Shown here: piece after piece, positions 32,586 through 45,414 of the stretch
Position numbering within the stretch: position 1 is the stretch's first letter
Layout: each line of letters opens with the position of its first letter
Source: Amoebophrya sp. A120
Taxonomy: Eukaryota > Protista > Dinoflagellata
Direction: 5' to 3'
Length of the DNA stretch: 64,000 nt
Assembly: GCA_905178155.1 (NCBI GenBank)
Contig: CAJINV010000018.1
Location: forward strand, 538,609-602,608
Position numbers and translations under genes: made by a program
The notes under the pieces: generated by a model
The model's input: only the letters and a program-made list of their open reading frames with translations
What the model was told of the DNA's origin: nothing
The model's database searches: none

Positions 32586-35530
32586 CGATAGTTTATGTTT
32601 CTCAGTCTCCTAAAGAAATTTGATTTCCTTTTCCAATAAACTAAAGGAAAAATAAATATAGCGACCGTCGAAAGGCTGAAACTCAAAATAAAACGTCTGA
32701 GCAACAACAAAAGTATGTTGTGGTAAACCAAGTTATTAAACTCGTCACGAAGGCATCAGACCGCTCGAGAAGCTTTCGACTCTACTACCTGGCGAGAAAG
32801 GCAGATCCACGGAACAAAACATTTTCATAGATCGTCCAGAGAACCCCCTTTCGTCCTTGTCAAAATCTTCTTCCTCCAGTTCATTTCCACTTGGGCGAAG
32901 AACGCCGGCCAAAAAACAGGGACAAGACAACGAGCTTCAAAAAAAAACAGAAAGTAGGATCGAAGCGACCTATTAGACCAGCGTATAAGTTTTAGTTTTT
33001 CCTTTCGGGACTTATGGAGGTTTTCACCGTGATACTGATATTAACCGAAGTTGTGGCCGCAGAGCAGACGAGAAAAATTGGATCGCGTTTGTATCAGCCT
33101 ACAGATCTGGTGGCGCGCAAGAAGATGAAGATTCAACTACATACGAGAAGGCTTTCACAGCGACATCTCGCCGCTTCGACGGAGAACAGCACGAGCGGGT
33201 GCTCCTTTTACTACTCAGCATTTTCGTTGCACCACGCGGCGAGCATGATCATGCTTTTTCATTCATTTTTTTCGCAGATGAGGTGAGAGGGGTAAATACA
33301 GTCGGGTGAACCAAGGAAAAATTTGTAGAAACAGGCTTCCCGCCGTTCATGCGCATGAAGTATAGGTGAAACCTGCAGATTTTCTGACCCATGAAAAGTT
33401 CCTCACGGACAGAAAAAAGGCAACTTGAGTGATAAATACCGCTTCGCCATTCTGAATCACGAGTGTTCATTGAAAAATATGCATACCTGCTTGCGTGTGG
33501 TTGCAGCTATATAATTTCGTTTTTTTTTCTTGGATGGCAGAGCTGCTATTATTTTGTGATGAGTCTGCGTCAGCCTCAGCCGCGTCGGAGTTGGTATATA
33601 GCAAAACCAAGCAAGATGAAGAATGTGTGATACGAAAGGGAGCTCCACGGTAAATCACGTAATTTAAGCGATTTGGCGAGTGGCATTTTTTGTTCAGAAT
33701 CTGAGTAATAGTAAAGTGGTGCGCGACCGCGAAAACAAGTAGCTCCTCTTATGCGTTGACAGGTCATATATATTTGTAGAGCACCAGCTCCTGATGTTCG
33801 TGACGGCGTTCTTGTTCCGGCAACGGCGTGGCGGTTGTTTAGTCTATCGTTTACAAGAGTTAATATCTAGTGCCCCTGGTTGTGCATGTTGGTGCTCACG
33901 TCCCCGTACAATTTCTCCTTTCTGGTTTCTCCGTTCAACTTCGTCAACATACAGTTTTTGATATGCATTGCAAAAGTATCGTGCTTCTAGTAGAAATCGC
34001 ATGACAAATTCAGTCAGCATGAGAAATGGAGTTTGTCATGCTGTTTTGCCTTGGGATCGAGATTTGTAATGCATGACTGCGATTACTACGAGTGCGATAC
34101 AACTTTTGCACGGTTGTAGTGCTGCTGGTGCTCCTCCTGAGGGGAAATACTAGAGCGGCCGGTATGATTTTCTGTTCGGCAGGGCCAGGGGCAGGCAGAA
34201 ATTGTGTGCTGTGACTCTTCTTTTTGTTCTGTCGTGTTCAACATGATCATCGATAAAGTAGATAATTCATGCTTCTCAACACCAGTCTACTAAACGAAAA
34301 ACGAATTTGATTTCCAAGAAACTGAAGTTGCCTTGGCTCGGATTGCATCAGACCGTTCGAGAAGGTTTCGACTCGACTTGGCGAGAAAGACACATCCACG
34401 GAACAAAAAATTTTCATAGATCGTCCAGATGAACTCCCTTTCGTCCTTGTCAAAATCTTCTTCCTCCAGATCATTTTTACCTGGGCGAAGAACGACGGCC
34501 AAAATGACAACGAACTTCAAAAAAAGACAGAAAGTAGGATCGAAGCGACCTATTAGACCAGCGTATAAGTTTTTCCTTTCGGGACTTATGGAGGTTTTCA
34601 CCGTGATACTGATATCAACCGAAATTGTGGCCGCAGAGCAGACGAGACAAAGTGGATCACGTTTTTATCAACCTACACATCTGGTGGTGCGCAAGAAGAT
34701 GAAGATTCAACTACATACGAGAAGACTTTCACAGCGACATCTCGCCGCTTCGACGTAGAACAGCACCTGCGCGTGGTCCTTCTACTACCATCTTCGTTGC
34801 ACCATGTCATGCAGCGTACATGGTCATGCTTTATTTTCATTCATTTTTCGCAGGTGAGGTGAGAGGGGTAGATAAAGTCGGGTGAACCAAGGAAAAATTC
34901 GTAGAAACAGGCTTCCCGCCGTTCATGCGCATGAAGTTTAGGTGAAACCTGCAGATTTTCTGACCCATGAAAAGTTCCTCACGGACAGAAAAAGGCAACT
35001 TGAGTGATGAATACCGCTTCGCCATTCTGAATCACCAGTGTTCATTGAAAAATATGCATACCTGCTTGCGTGTGGTTGCAGCTATATAATTTTGTTTTTT
35101 CTTGGATGGCAGAGCTGCTATTATTTTGTGATGCGTCTGCGTCAGCCTCAGCCGCGTTGGAGTTGGTATATAGCAAAACCAAGCAAGATGAAGAATGTGT
35201 GATACGAAAGGGAGCTCCACGGTAAATCACGTAATTTAAGCGATTTGGCGAGTGGCATTTTTTGTTCAGAATCTGAGTAATAGTAAAGTGGTGCGCGACC
35301 GCGAAAACAAGTAGCTCCTCTTATGCGTTGACAGCTCATATATATTTGTAGAGCACCAGCTCCTGATGTTCGTGACGGCGTTCTTGTTCCGGCAACGGCG
35401 TGGCGGTTGTTTAGTCTATCGTTTACAAGAGTTAATATCTAGTGCCCCTGGTTGTGCATGTTGGTGCTCACGTCCCCGTACAATTTCTCCTTTCTGGTTT
35501 CTCCGTTCAACTTCGTCAACATACAGTTTT
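32480..35530. repeat. Tandem segmental duplication of about 1.4 kb (32480-33958 vs 34140-35530)
   Basis: Near-identical blocks covering the eIF4E last exon, the intergenic DNA and the GT31 5' end. Confidence 0.92.
33962..34118. mobile_element. Family D introner at the duplication junction
   Basis: D-type ends but non-matching flanks TTTGA/GTGCT. Confidence 0.82.
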
Positions 35531-37912
35531 CGACGGACTTCTTCAACTTGTTGATCAGCGCGTGATAGTTATGACAGTGCACAACTCCCCCTCCCCCTCA
35601 TTTGTCATGCGAAATGCCTAATTTACGCCTTGGCTCTCGGCACTGGTTGCGTGACAAGTTCAGGTAGCCCAAATAGCACTACAATCCAGTTCAAATCTGT
35701 CATGCAAAACCTGTGTTCTTGCTGACGCTTGTATTGCTGTTCATGCAATACAAATGAAAGGGAGGGGGAGTTGTGCACTTTCATAGTAGTCCAGGTCTTG
35801 CGGGGCATCGTAAGAGTCCATCTTTGTCTTGTCCGTGAACCAAACCTGTTTGTGGTCATTGGAGTTTTGGTGGATGACAACTTCCTCGACCATATTTGTA
35901 CGGAAATAAATGCGCGACAAAGCTGCATCACAAGTTCTTGTAGGTGCACGACAAAGCTGCACGACAAGACGCGTTGCACCAGAAGCTGCATCACAAGTGT
36001 TCTTGTAGCTTCCTGTTATATTAAAGTAGGTTGCCAAACCAAAATTTGAATTTCATCTACCTCGATCCTGAGCACTGCCGCGGTCTTGGCGTATTCCAAT
36101 CGGTCGACTAATCGCAGCCCCGTGATCATAGAACTCGGCTGAATTTGGCCGCCCAAAACGCCCAGGACTATCAAATGTAAAAATGTCTGGGTCTGGATGA
36201 AGATTGGTAGCCTTGTCATGCAGGTTTTCCATGACCCACGCGGTCTGCCATGCACGGCCTAGCATGACAGGTTCTGTGAGACTGAGATCTCTATCATGCC
36301 GTTCCTGCATGAGAAACTGCCTCTAAACTTGTTCAAAAGTGAATGCAATACAAATTTTTCCACGATCCAGATGCAGAATGACAAGTTACACTCTTACAGA
36401 CCCAGACATATTTGCAATGCATAAGGACCAAGTTATTCCAGTACTCATCTGCCAACGCAGCGTTCTCTTGGAACGTGAACTTCTTCAACCGAAACTGGAA
36501 CTCTCCGCCATTCTGTAGTGTTCCGTTAGTGCTGCAACGTAGTACTTCTATGGACTCATCTTCGGATCTTTGACTTTGCATCTTTACAGGAGACAGCAGC
36601 TCCGAGTACGGAACGAGAAGTTGGCAAGCATGTTATACAAGTTGTTCTAATGCAGAATACAATGACATTGCCAACCAAGGCTTCTCCTGTTCTTGCAGAC
36701 GCTTAGCGGTCCGCCGCAGAGGTCCAGGTCGGACATCAAATAGAGTTGTGTAGTTATCAAACAAATACCATGTTCAGCGGGTCTTCCCAGGCTGGCTTGA
36801 TTCCGGCTCGGAAAAGCATGACGCAACTGACCGGACTGGTACCATCCCGTTGGGAGATTAATCTTTTTCCGAGCAATAATTCGCTGGGCTGCGGCAGGAA
36901 GTTCCAGTACTTCCAGAAAGAAGCAATCGAATCGATTTTCGCAACCTACAGTGGTTTCATTTTTTGTGGGGTTTCTTTTGATTTTATGCATCACAAAGCG
37001 TAGTACCGAAGCGTGTGGCGCATGAGAAGTTCTCCTGTATCCAAAAAATATATATACCTCATGAATTCCGTCCTTGTCCCACTGCTTGTTCTTTCCTGAC
37101 TCTGCTATCGAATGTAAAAATGTCTGAGTCTGGAAGAATGCAACTTGTCATGCTGCACTTGGATTCCAGAAAAATCTGTATTGCATGAGTACCACAAGGA
37201 ATGTAGTTTTTGCTACGCGGAGAGGGCATTTGTCATGCGGAATAGGCATCAAGAAGCTCTGAAAAAATCTGTGATGGTGCTAGGGCGTGCATCACAGACA
37301 TCAGGGTCCATGCAAAACGTGCATGACAAGTGTCAGAATGTTCCAGACCCAGACATTCTTACAGTTGATATCTGCCATCTCACTCAAGATCCAGGGGTAT
37401 CGCAGCGGGTACTCCTTGTTGGCGTCCAGATTGTGGTCTGCCACCTGCAACTTCGGCACCAGTGCGCTGTTCAAGCTGAAAAACTCGGACGGGTCATCTT
37501 TCAGATTTCCCGAGGCGCTGCCAACGTTGCTCCCTACGGTGCTCATGTTGTCACGATTATTTTTGTTGTAGCCACGATTCTTATTGTGGTACTGCTGACC
37601 ACCAGTACTGTGCTGATCACCAGCTGTTCCGGAGGAAAAAGCGCTAGCGACTGAAGCGGTATTGGTTCCCAACAAATTTCCACCCGAGGACTGGAGGTCT
37701 GAGGACTGCAACGTTTGATGCTGTTCTAAGTTGCTAACACTGGAGTTAAGGCTGCTAGTAGGGTACAGCGCGGATGTGGTCGTGGTGCTAGTAGCGCTTA
37801 GGTTTTTGGTCAATTGCGTAGCAGTTTCTGGTGCTAAAGGACTACCTGTGGCAAGGCTTTGGACTTGGCCGCCCTGATTGTTGCTACGACTTCCTGCGGT
37901 ATAGGGTGCCAT
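35439..37912 (-). CDS. eIF4E: Translation initiation factor eIF4E (dinoflagellate type), 3 introner and 3 GT-AG introns
   Basis: Spliced YPLRYPW, SFWKYWNFLPQPS, MLFRAGIKPAWEDPLN, GGEFQF, DEYWNNLVLGVLG, ITGLRLVD, RIEVWF; GT-AG introns 36946-37057, 36513-36768, 35846-36060. Confidence 0.93.
35570..35785. mobile_element. Introner family B
   Basis: TSD ATAGT/GTAGT. Confidence 0.9.
36169..36423. mobile_element. Introner family A
   Basis: TSD AGGAC; restores NLVLGVLG. Confidence 0.93.
37106..37370. mobile_element. Introner family A
   Basis: TSD TCTGC. Confidence 0.92.
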
Positions 37913-38872
37913 TCTAGCTAGTAGTGCCGACACGTGGTCCAAAATCAAAAAGAGAAAAACGAAAAAAACAAATTCAAGTTTATCGACTAAGTAAAATTAT
38001 GTCGCCTGGCCTGCTGGCGATGCAGGTTATGTGTGAGCCACAAACTTTGTGGGTGGAAATAAATCGAAGTGCATTGATCATGATCATATCTTTATCGCAG
38101 AGTTATCATGGTACTACCTTCTGAGATCAGGAACCGGCATCCATCTTCACCATCGCTGGCTTAGCTGATCATGATCTTCTGCAAAGAAACAAATAGGATC
38201 TCCATCTTGCAGTTGGAAATTTATCTCTTCGGCTAGCCTTGTGGCATTTTTGGAAGCTTAACTCTAGTAACAAGTCTTGATAGATTGATATGAGTGAACA
38301 AAGGACACGTGGGAAATCATGGTTGCAATTCTAGCGCTTTTTTTTACCCAAGAAGAACTTCTTCGCTTGTTCCAATGATCCTACTTTTCAATACACTATC
38401 GCAATTTGATATTTGCAGCTTTAATAGCTACACGAGCAGATCCTCTCTCGATATCAATGCCTGCTTGCCTACTTTTAACCGTCGGCAGCGCACGTGAAGA
38501 AGATCCAACTCTTTCTTACTCATGCTATATTGGGTTGCTAACGTGTCTTTTCATAGTGAACGAGCGCTAGGCTCATCTAGAGCCGAGACAATACTAAATC
38601 TAAAGATCATCCTCGGGGGTGGAGCAGCTCCTGAAATGCAGTACGATGCATTTTCATCTGCGCTGCTGCTGCAGGAGAAAACCGAAAGAAACTCAAATTG
38701 AAAAAGTAGATTTCATCAAAAACCCTAATTTATTTCAGAGAAAAAGAAAAACGAAACTAGCTATGCTCCAAAATAAAGTAGTGGGCATCAGCATGCTATA
38801 GTCACCTGTCACATAATTAATGACCCCAGTAAAAGGTAGTAAGTATACATTTACATCATACTTATTCAAGCT

Positions 38873-41800
38873 TTACATCAATTCAAAAAACAACCGGTTC
38901 TTCAGCAGCACCGCGTGCCCCATAGTGGTATCCCCCTCTTCGCTGCGGAGAAACACTTTCGCTGTCGTATCGTCCTTACCCGCACTTTCTTCTTCCTCGC
39001 CTGGCAGTAATGTATCCTGTTCTCCTGAGGTCTTATCGACCTGTCCCTCCTTTGTTTTCCCTTCCTGGTTCTGTTTAATCAGTATCTGCAGCCAGGTTTT
39101 TTCCTTCTCCTCCGTTTCGGTGAAGCTAAGCGCTGACTTTCTGTCGCTTACGATTTCCCCCACATCTTCCTTCTCGAACAAACACACCAACCCGTGCTCG
39201 GTTCGATACCAGTGGAAGTGCTGCTGCGGTTTGTATTTCAGAAACGGCCGGGACAGGTTTTTGTGAAAGTAGCAGATTTTTGGTCGTTGAAGACTTGTTG
39301 TACTACTTCTATCTCCTCCAAGATCATCATGATGTTGTTGAACATCAAACACTCGAATTTTTAAGTGGATCTTGCTCGCCTGGGCGGATTATGGACTGCA
39401 AAGTATCGTACTCGTATAAATGCATGACAAATTTCCTCAGCGTGAGAAATAAAATTTGTAATGCAGATTTGCCTTGGGAACAAGATTTGTAATGCATGAC
39501 TTGCATTTATACGAGTACGATACTTTTGCACAGGATACGGACAACTGGCCGGCGGACTCTTCGTTCGGCGGGCAGAATTCGAGTATTCTGCTATTACAGT
39601 GAAAAACGCCCCCACTCCCAAATTTGCAAAAATTTGTGATGCGAAGTTTCCAAATGAAAACTTTTTGTCATGCATGAAAGGAGTAGTTGTAGTAGGAGTT
39701 TCTGATGCAGAGTTTAGGCGTATATCGCCTCGCTTGCATGACAAGCGCCAGTCTTGCTGGGATCTTTTGCAATACAAATCTTTGCTAATTCACGATTGGA
39801 GATCTGTGACGCTGATAGATGCAAGAGGGCGAGTGTTTCTTTTGGAAAGTTTTGCAATACAAATGCTCCCAAGAAGCTCTGGGGTGGGGGCATTTTTTAT
39901 TGTAATATCTGCTGCTCGCATTTTCGATTTCAATGTCGATCGTGGTCCCTTCGACATTCTGTTGTTCAGCTGGCGGCGGCAGGATGAGGATTAAATGCGT
40001 TTTGGTTTCCAGGTGGTGGAAATCGTCTTTGATCTCCTGATACGACGGACTACTCGAGTCGTGGTGGAGGTGGGCCTCTTTAGCATCATCGGCAGAAGAA
40101 GTGGATGAAGAAGTAGACGATTTTACTCCTCCAGCAAAAAGATTTTGTTTTATCGTTATCAAATGTAAAAGTGTCTGGGTCTGGAAAAATGCAAGATTTG
40201 TGATGCAGGTTTTCCATGACCCATGACGTCTGGAATGCGATACCCAGCACGACAGATCTTTTGAGGTCTCTATCATGCCTTTCCTGCATGAGACACTCCC
40301 TCTCAACTTCGTCAAAAGCGGACAGCTTTTGGTACTCACGCAACACAGATTTTTGCATCGTTCAGATTTAGCATGACAAGTTCTAACCTTCCAGACCCAG
40401 ACATTTTTACATTTGATAATCGTGCTGTGAAAGCAATATTCGGGCTTTATGTCCTTCAGCAACACCGCGTTCTTATGCTGTGCAAAAGTATCGTATTCGT
40501 ATAAATGCATTACAAATTTCATCAGCAAGAGAAATAAAATTTGTAATGCGGATTTGCTTTCAGAAAAAAATTGTAATGCATGATCGCAATACGAGTACGA
40601 TACTTTTGCACAGGATAGTTCTCGTCCGCTAACGAGCGCTTTTTCTCGACGCCCGACGACTTGCTACCGCCTGATGAAGACGAGGAGGACCCTGTTTTAC
40701 TCTTGTCTCCACTCGAAGCTGCTATGGTGCTACTCCCGTCCTCTATTTCCTCGACTAAAAATTCATCTTTTGTTGTGCCACCTGAAGAGGAGCTTTTATT
40801 ACCCCCAGCATCTACTTCTCTTCCCGTTCTACTTTCCGGCTTGAAGAGCACTTCTTTTTTCGCGGTTTTACCAACTGACCCTACACCATCTCCTTGCACT
40901 AGGTCGCGGTAGTAGCCGGTGCCTTTTCTCCCGGTGCCGAAGTAGTACCCGGGTCGGGAGCCTGAGAGGGGTGAGATAATCAAATCGAAAACGCGGCATA
41001 AATGATGTCATGGTGCCGAGCCATCTCAGTCAAAAAACAACGACGAACTTCAACACTGCGCTGTATCATCCGTATCTATAATACCAGAGTAGCCCCTAGC
41101 AGGTATAAACTCTTCCACCGCCGTGAGGGACTTGTTTCTCGGACTGACGTATGTGATTTCGTCATCGGCGTCTTTTTTGGGCTTCGATGGTGTCGATGTA
41201 GAGGACGAACTCGATGAGGAACTGGTTTTACTTTCTCCGTCACGACCAGCATTGCCGGCACTGCTACCCTCCGCCGTTGTCGATGACGAAGCCGACGATG
41301 CAGCTGCTCCCTGGGTTGATGATGAAAATACGTAAATGTACTTACTGTCTGAAGAACCACTTCTTCACGACTTGTGACTTGTGCTGATCATAAGAGAGTT
41401 ACAACAATAAAAGCATTCAATGAAGTAAACTAACCTCCAAAACTAACTAATTAAGCTACTTAAAACTAGATGAACTTAGATCTTGTTTTGACTTGCGATC
41501 GTTATTTGAACTGGAAATGGATAGAGGGCAATGGGAAGAGGCAGACGTAGAGGTAGGAGGGATCGGAGTATTTCGTTTTTTGAAATCTGGTGGTCTGCTG
41601 GTAGTGAACGTCTTCACTTTCGCCTTAAGCGCCGGCCTAAACCTACATCCCGTTTGCCGACGGGATGTAGACCGATCTAGATCCGCGGCTCCAGCCTGTA
41701 GTAACTCCGTAGGAAAAGACATCGCAGGGGACCGGGGCGAAAGACATAATTCCACCGCCAAGCAGGTATCTATGAGGATAAACAACCAAGTTGGAGGAGT

Positions 41801-44800
41801 CAGTTCCTTTAGGGCTACCTCCACACGACTGTGACTGTGACTGATAATCTCAGGCTGAGAAGTTTTTAAGACCTAACGACAAATTTACAGTTACTTCCTT
41901 TATACCTCTCCGTCATCGGCAGTTTTGTTCCCACCACTCTCGTCCTCCTTGTCCTCCTCTTCCTTCGGCAGCGGCGGTAGCCCGTCGAGGGAATCTTCGT
42001 CATCAGATTTCACGATGTCATCGTCCCCGTCTACGGCCCCAATGCCGTACTTTTCGTAGTTGGACAGGCTTTCGGTTGATACTGGTTGGTATACATTGCA
42101 AAACAATCAGCGCACTAGTGAAGATAATTTGCATCTCACACAGAATCGGGAGAACATGAAAAATGGATTTTGCAAATTCTGGTTAGCGTACAGGTAGTAC
42201 ACAGGTAGATCTCCCATGGAACATTGCAGCTAGTACGACAAGAAGTGCGATATTTTTGCACTGCATAGCTGGGCGCGCTTCAAATTTTCCTCGTTCACCG
42301 CCACGGGCAAGACCAGCTGCAGTTCCTTTTTCGGCTTGTCGAATTTTGCGGACCCATCGTCCGGCAGAATCACGTACGGGAGCGGTAAGTCCAGGTAGAA
42401 ATACTGCGTTTCCAAAACGATGTTATCTGCCTGCACATCTAGTTCGATTTCACTCGCGGAATTGATCTATCGCGAGGAGAAAAAACTGTCTTAGTCTTAA
42501 AACTTGTTGTAAATGCGGAACTTCCTTGAGACTGTTTTGTGCCATGCTGCAGCTGGAAGTAGAGCGCAGTCTTTCAACTCAATATGTGTTTTCTCTTGCT
42601 GTCTGAACGCCTCACAGATCATTTTTCGTTCCTTGCTTTGCGAATTTGTATTGCCGAGTCAGAGGTTCTTTGAGACTGAGACAGTGTTTTCTTGGGATAC
42701 AATCCCGGGCAGTTTCACCACGAGCTTCAGGTTCCGCGGTATTCTCGGCGGGATGGTTTGCTGGGACAAGCTATCCTGTGTAAAAACGCCCCCACCCAAG
42801 ATTTGCCATGCGGATTTGCAATATCAGGAACATTTCTGATGCGCATCCCAAAGATATGCTTTTCCAAGAATCGCGTTTTGGAATTTGTAATGCTGTAAAC
42901 AGGATGAGCAGACGGATCTGTATTCGCACATGTCCTTGCTAGCTTGCAATCCACTACGGTCTGCAAGACCTTGTCATGCGTGAGTCCCAATACGTCTAGG
43001 TTTGTGTTCGTGTTGCATACTCCCCATCTTGACTATCGGCTGGAGACGTTTTTCGTCAGGGTACAAGCCCTTCTGTATGCTATCGAACTCGAGAAAATCC
43101 AGCTCCCCCTGGTGGATCAGGCTGTGCTGCGGGACTCGAATCTTCTTGGTCTGCTCCTCTGGGGCATCTTTTTCATCTGATGTGATTAACGTGATGCATT
43201 TTCTTTGTTTGATGTTTTTCTGCTATCACATATTTTGCGCTTGCACGCGTGGCCTCGAAAGTAAGTATTTGTCGCTTATGCATGGACGACAGCAAAAGTA
43301 AATAAATCGAAATACTACCTTTCTCCTCATCCCCGCTGTCGTCATCGTCATCCATCATATTTTTCAGTCGTTACGTATCCCGGGAAACTCTTCGTCTTTT
43401 CGCTGAAACAAGGAAGCGTCGAAGCGGAATTTTAATTTGTTGCATTGCAGCAGTGGCCGCACGCTGATACAGAAACGAAAATTTTCTTCTCCTCCTGTTC
43501 TTGCGCTTGGCTTGCAAACGCTTGTGTAATGACAAAATTGCATTACAAATTCCACGACGGTTTCAACATCCAGTTGACGAGTTTGTTCCCTTGGATAGTT
43601 CGTGGCGTCCTTTTTCATCTCCTTCAGTTCCCCGGGCGTGGCGTGTGCAAGAGAAATGCAAATGCTTTTTAGGTCTTCGAGGGGGGAGCTCGGAATTCGA
43701 ATGTATTTTAGGTGTACGCCTACATCACATATTATCTCTATTTCTAGGAAATGCTCATGTGCTGCGCAGCACAATGCACTATACGCCGACAGACACAAAC
43801 CCAAATCCAACGTCAACTTCGACCCAAAAGGCATCATTCCTGTACAGTTGGATACAATGCCGTCGTTTTTCGGATCGGACGCTTTTTTCTTCTTTTTCTT
43901 CCTCTTTTCCTGCTTCAGGTCCGCGGTTCGCACGGACATCATGTAGGGCTTGCCGCCCTTGCACTGGATCTTTTTCATCACCTTGAAATCGTTCTTCACC
44001 TCCTCGAAGCCCTTAAGGAAATTTTGCGACAGATATCCTGTGCAAAAGTACTATCGTACTAGTAAGTATAAATTGCAATACAAATTGGCTCAGCATTACT
44101 ACAAATTGAATTTGTAATGCGGATTTGCCTTAGGAACTAGATTTGTAATGCATAAATGCAATTAGTACGAGTACGATACTTTTGCACTGCATAACAGATT
44201 CTTCGTAGCGATGTCCACGATCATGCGCAAAAAGTCCGGATTTTGCTTGCACTGCGCGACTATGAGGTGTAAAAGTGTCTGGGTCTGGAAGATTGCCAGG
44301 TTTGTCATGCATATTTTGCATGACCCATAATGTCTGTAATGCATGCTTTAGCATCCCAGATTTTTCGAAGGCTTACCAATGCCTATTCCGCATGAGAAAT
44401 GCCTTCTCCGCGTAGCACAAACTGGAGTCCTCTTTCTGGTCATGCAATACAATTTTTTTTTGAATCCAGAGACAGCATCACAAGTTTAGAATCTTCCAGA
44501 CCCAGACATATTTGCATTTGATAGCGAAACTGTTCTCGGACACGCCAAAGTCGCAGGTCAGACAGGTCGCCTTCTTCGAGTCTTGGTCGACTCTGGGGGG
44601 CGAGAGGGAATAGGGCAGGGAAACCTGCTATCAATTGCAAATATGTCTGGGTGGTCTGGAAGGAGGCAACTTGTCATGGTAAATCTGAAGCATGCAAGAT
44701 TCTGTGTTGCATGAGTGTCAAAAGCTGTCCCCTTTTGCCCAAGTTGGAAGGGGCGAGTTTCTCATGCAGGAAAGGCATGGCAGAGACCTCGCAGAGTCTG

Positions 44801-45414
44801 TCATGCTGTCCCGCATTCCGGACCTCATGGGTCATGCAAAATCTGCATGACAAGTTTACACTTTTCCAAACCCAGACATTTTTTTACTTGATACCTGCGA
44901 ACCTCCCTCCGTCTGGACCATTTCCACGTCTTTCAGCAGGTTACTGTAGCAGACGTTGATGTAGCACTTCTGCGTTTGCCCGTTCTTGAACTGCACCTCG
45001 GTTTTCACACAGAAACCCGGCTCGCAGCGCAGCAGCTCCATCCCGTCGGGCATTTCGCCCTTTTCCTCCAGCTGTTCCATGTACTGGACTATGCATGGCA
45101 AAAATGTCGTACTCGTAGTCCTACAAGCTTGCTGCACGACAAATCACGTTGCTTACCTGAATCGGCATGACAAATTTTTGCACTTTCCCATCTTGCACAA
45201 AAAAATTGTATATGCAGTTTCTACTTAGAACTGGTAGAAGTACGACAATTTTGCAATGCGTATGGTCATACTCGTCGCGGTTTTTCGGGTCTGAGATTTC
45301 GTCCAGATAATCTTGCATCAAATTCCCGAATTGCTCGGTTTTCATCGCCTTATTGATGCGGCTGACATCGTCCGTCGTCAGGTCCTGCATGTTCATCGCG
45401 TTAGGGTCAAACAT
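38873..45414 (-). CDS. DNAAF2: Kintoun/DNAAF2 (PF13)-like PIH1-domain dynein assembly factor, at least 11 introner introns
   Basis: DYLDEISDPKNRDEYDQYMEQLE, EPGFCVKT, KCYINVC, SLPYSLSPPR, PRNLKLVVKLPGI, YLDLPLPY, AKFDKPKKELQLVLPV, C-terminal LKNRLFFELM; exon structure at 41.0-41.9 kb and 43.2-43.85 kb not resolved. Confidence 0.85.
39390..39537. mobile_element. Introner family D
   Basis: TSD CGGAT/CGGAC. Confidence 0.9.
39592..39907. mobile_element. Introner, I-like subfamily
   Basis: TATTACAGTGAAAAACGCCCCCAC TIR; TSD TCTGC. Confidence 0.9.
40157..40418. mobile_element. Introner family A
   Basis: TSD ATCGT. Confidence 0.93.
40474..40617. mobile_element. Introner family D
   Basis: TSD GTTCT. 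Confidence 0.92.
42090..42267. mobile_element. Degenerate introner family D
   Basis: TSD GTTGG/GCTGG. Confidence 0.8.
42468..42699. mobile_element. Degenerate introner (G-like)
   Basis: TSD TGATC/CAATC; removal restores LPGIDSASEIELDV. Confidence 0.78.
42772..43063. mobile_element. Introner family I
   Basis: TSD CAAGC. Confidence 0.9.
44034..44193. mobile_element. Introner family D (reverse orientation)
   Basis: TSD ACAGA. Confidence 0.92.
44261..44523. mobile_element. Introner family A
   Basis: TSD GCGAC/GCGAA. Confidence 0.9.
44629..44893. mobile_element. Introner family A (reverse orientation)
   Basis: TSD CCTGC; can be read as CAG|GT...AG|G on the minus strand. Confidence 0.92.
45090..45262. 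mobile_element. Degenerate introner (D-like)
   Basis: TSD TGGAC/TGGTC; restores EYDQY. Confidence 0.85.

Noticed and set aside
43180-43860. Further degenerate introns in DNAAF2
   Set aside because: Motif remnants are visible but ends and TSDs could not be assigned confidently.
1056-45262. CRISPR-like alternation of repeats and unique spacers
   Set aside because: Repeats are inverted pairs from many families, the unique parts are exons of eukaryotic genes, and there are no cas genes.
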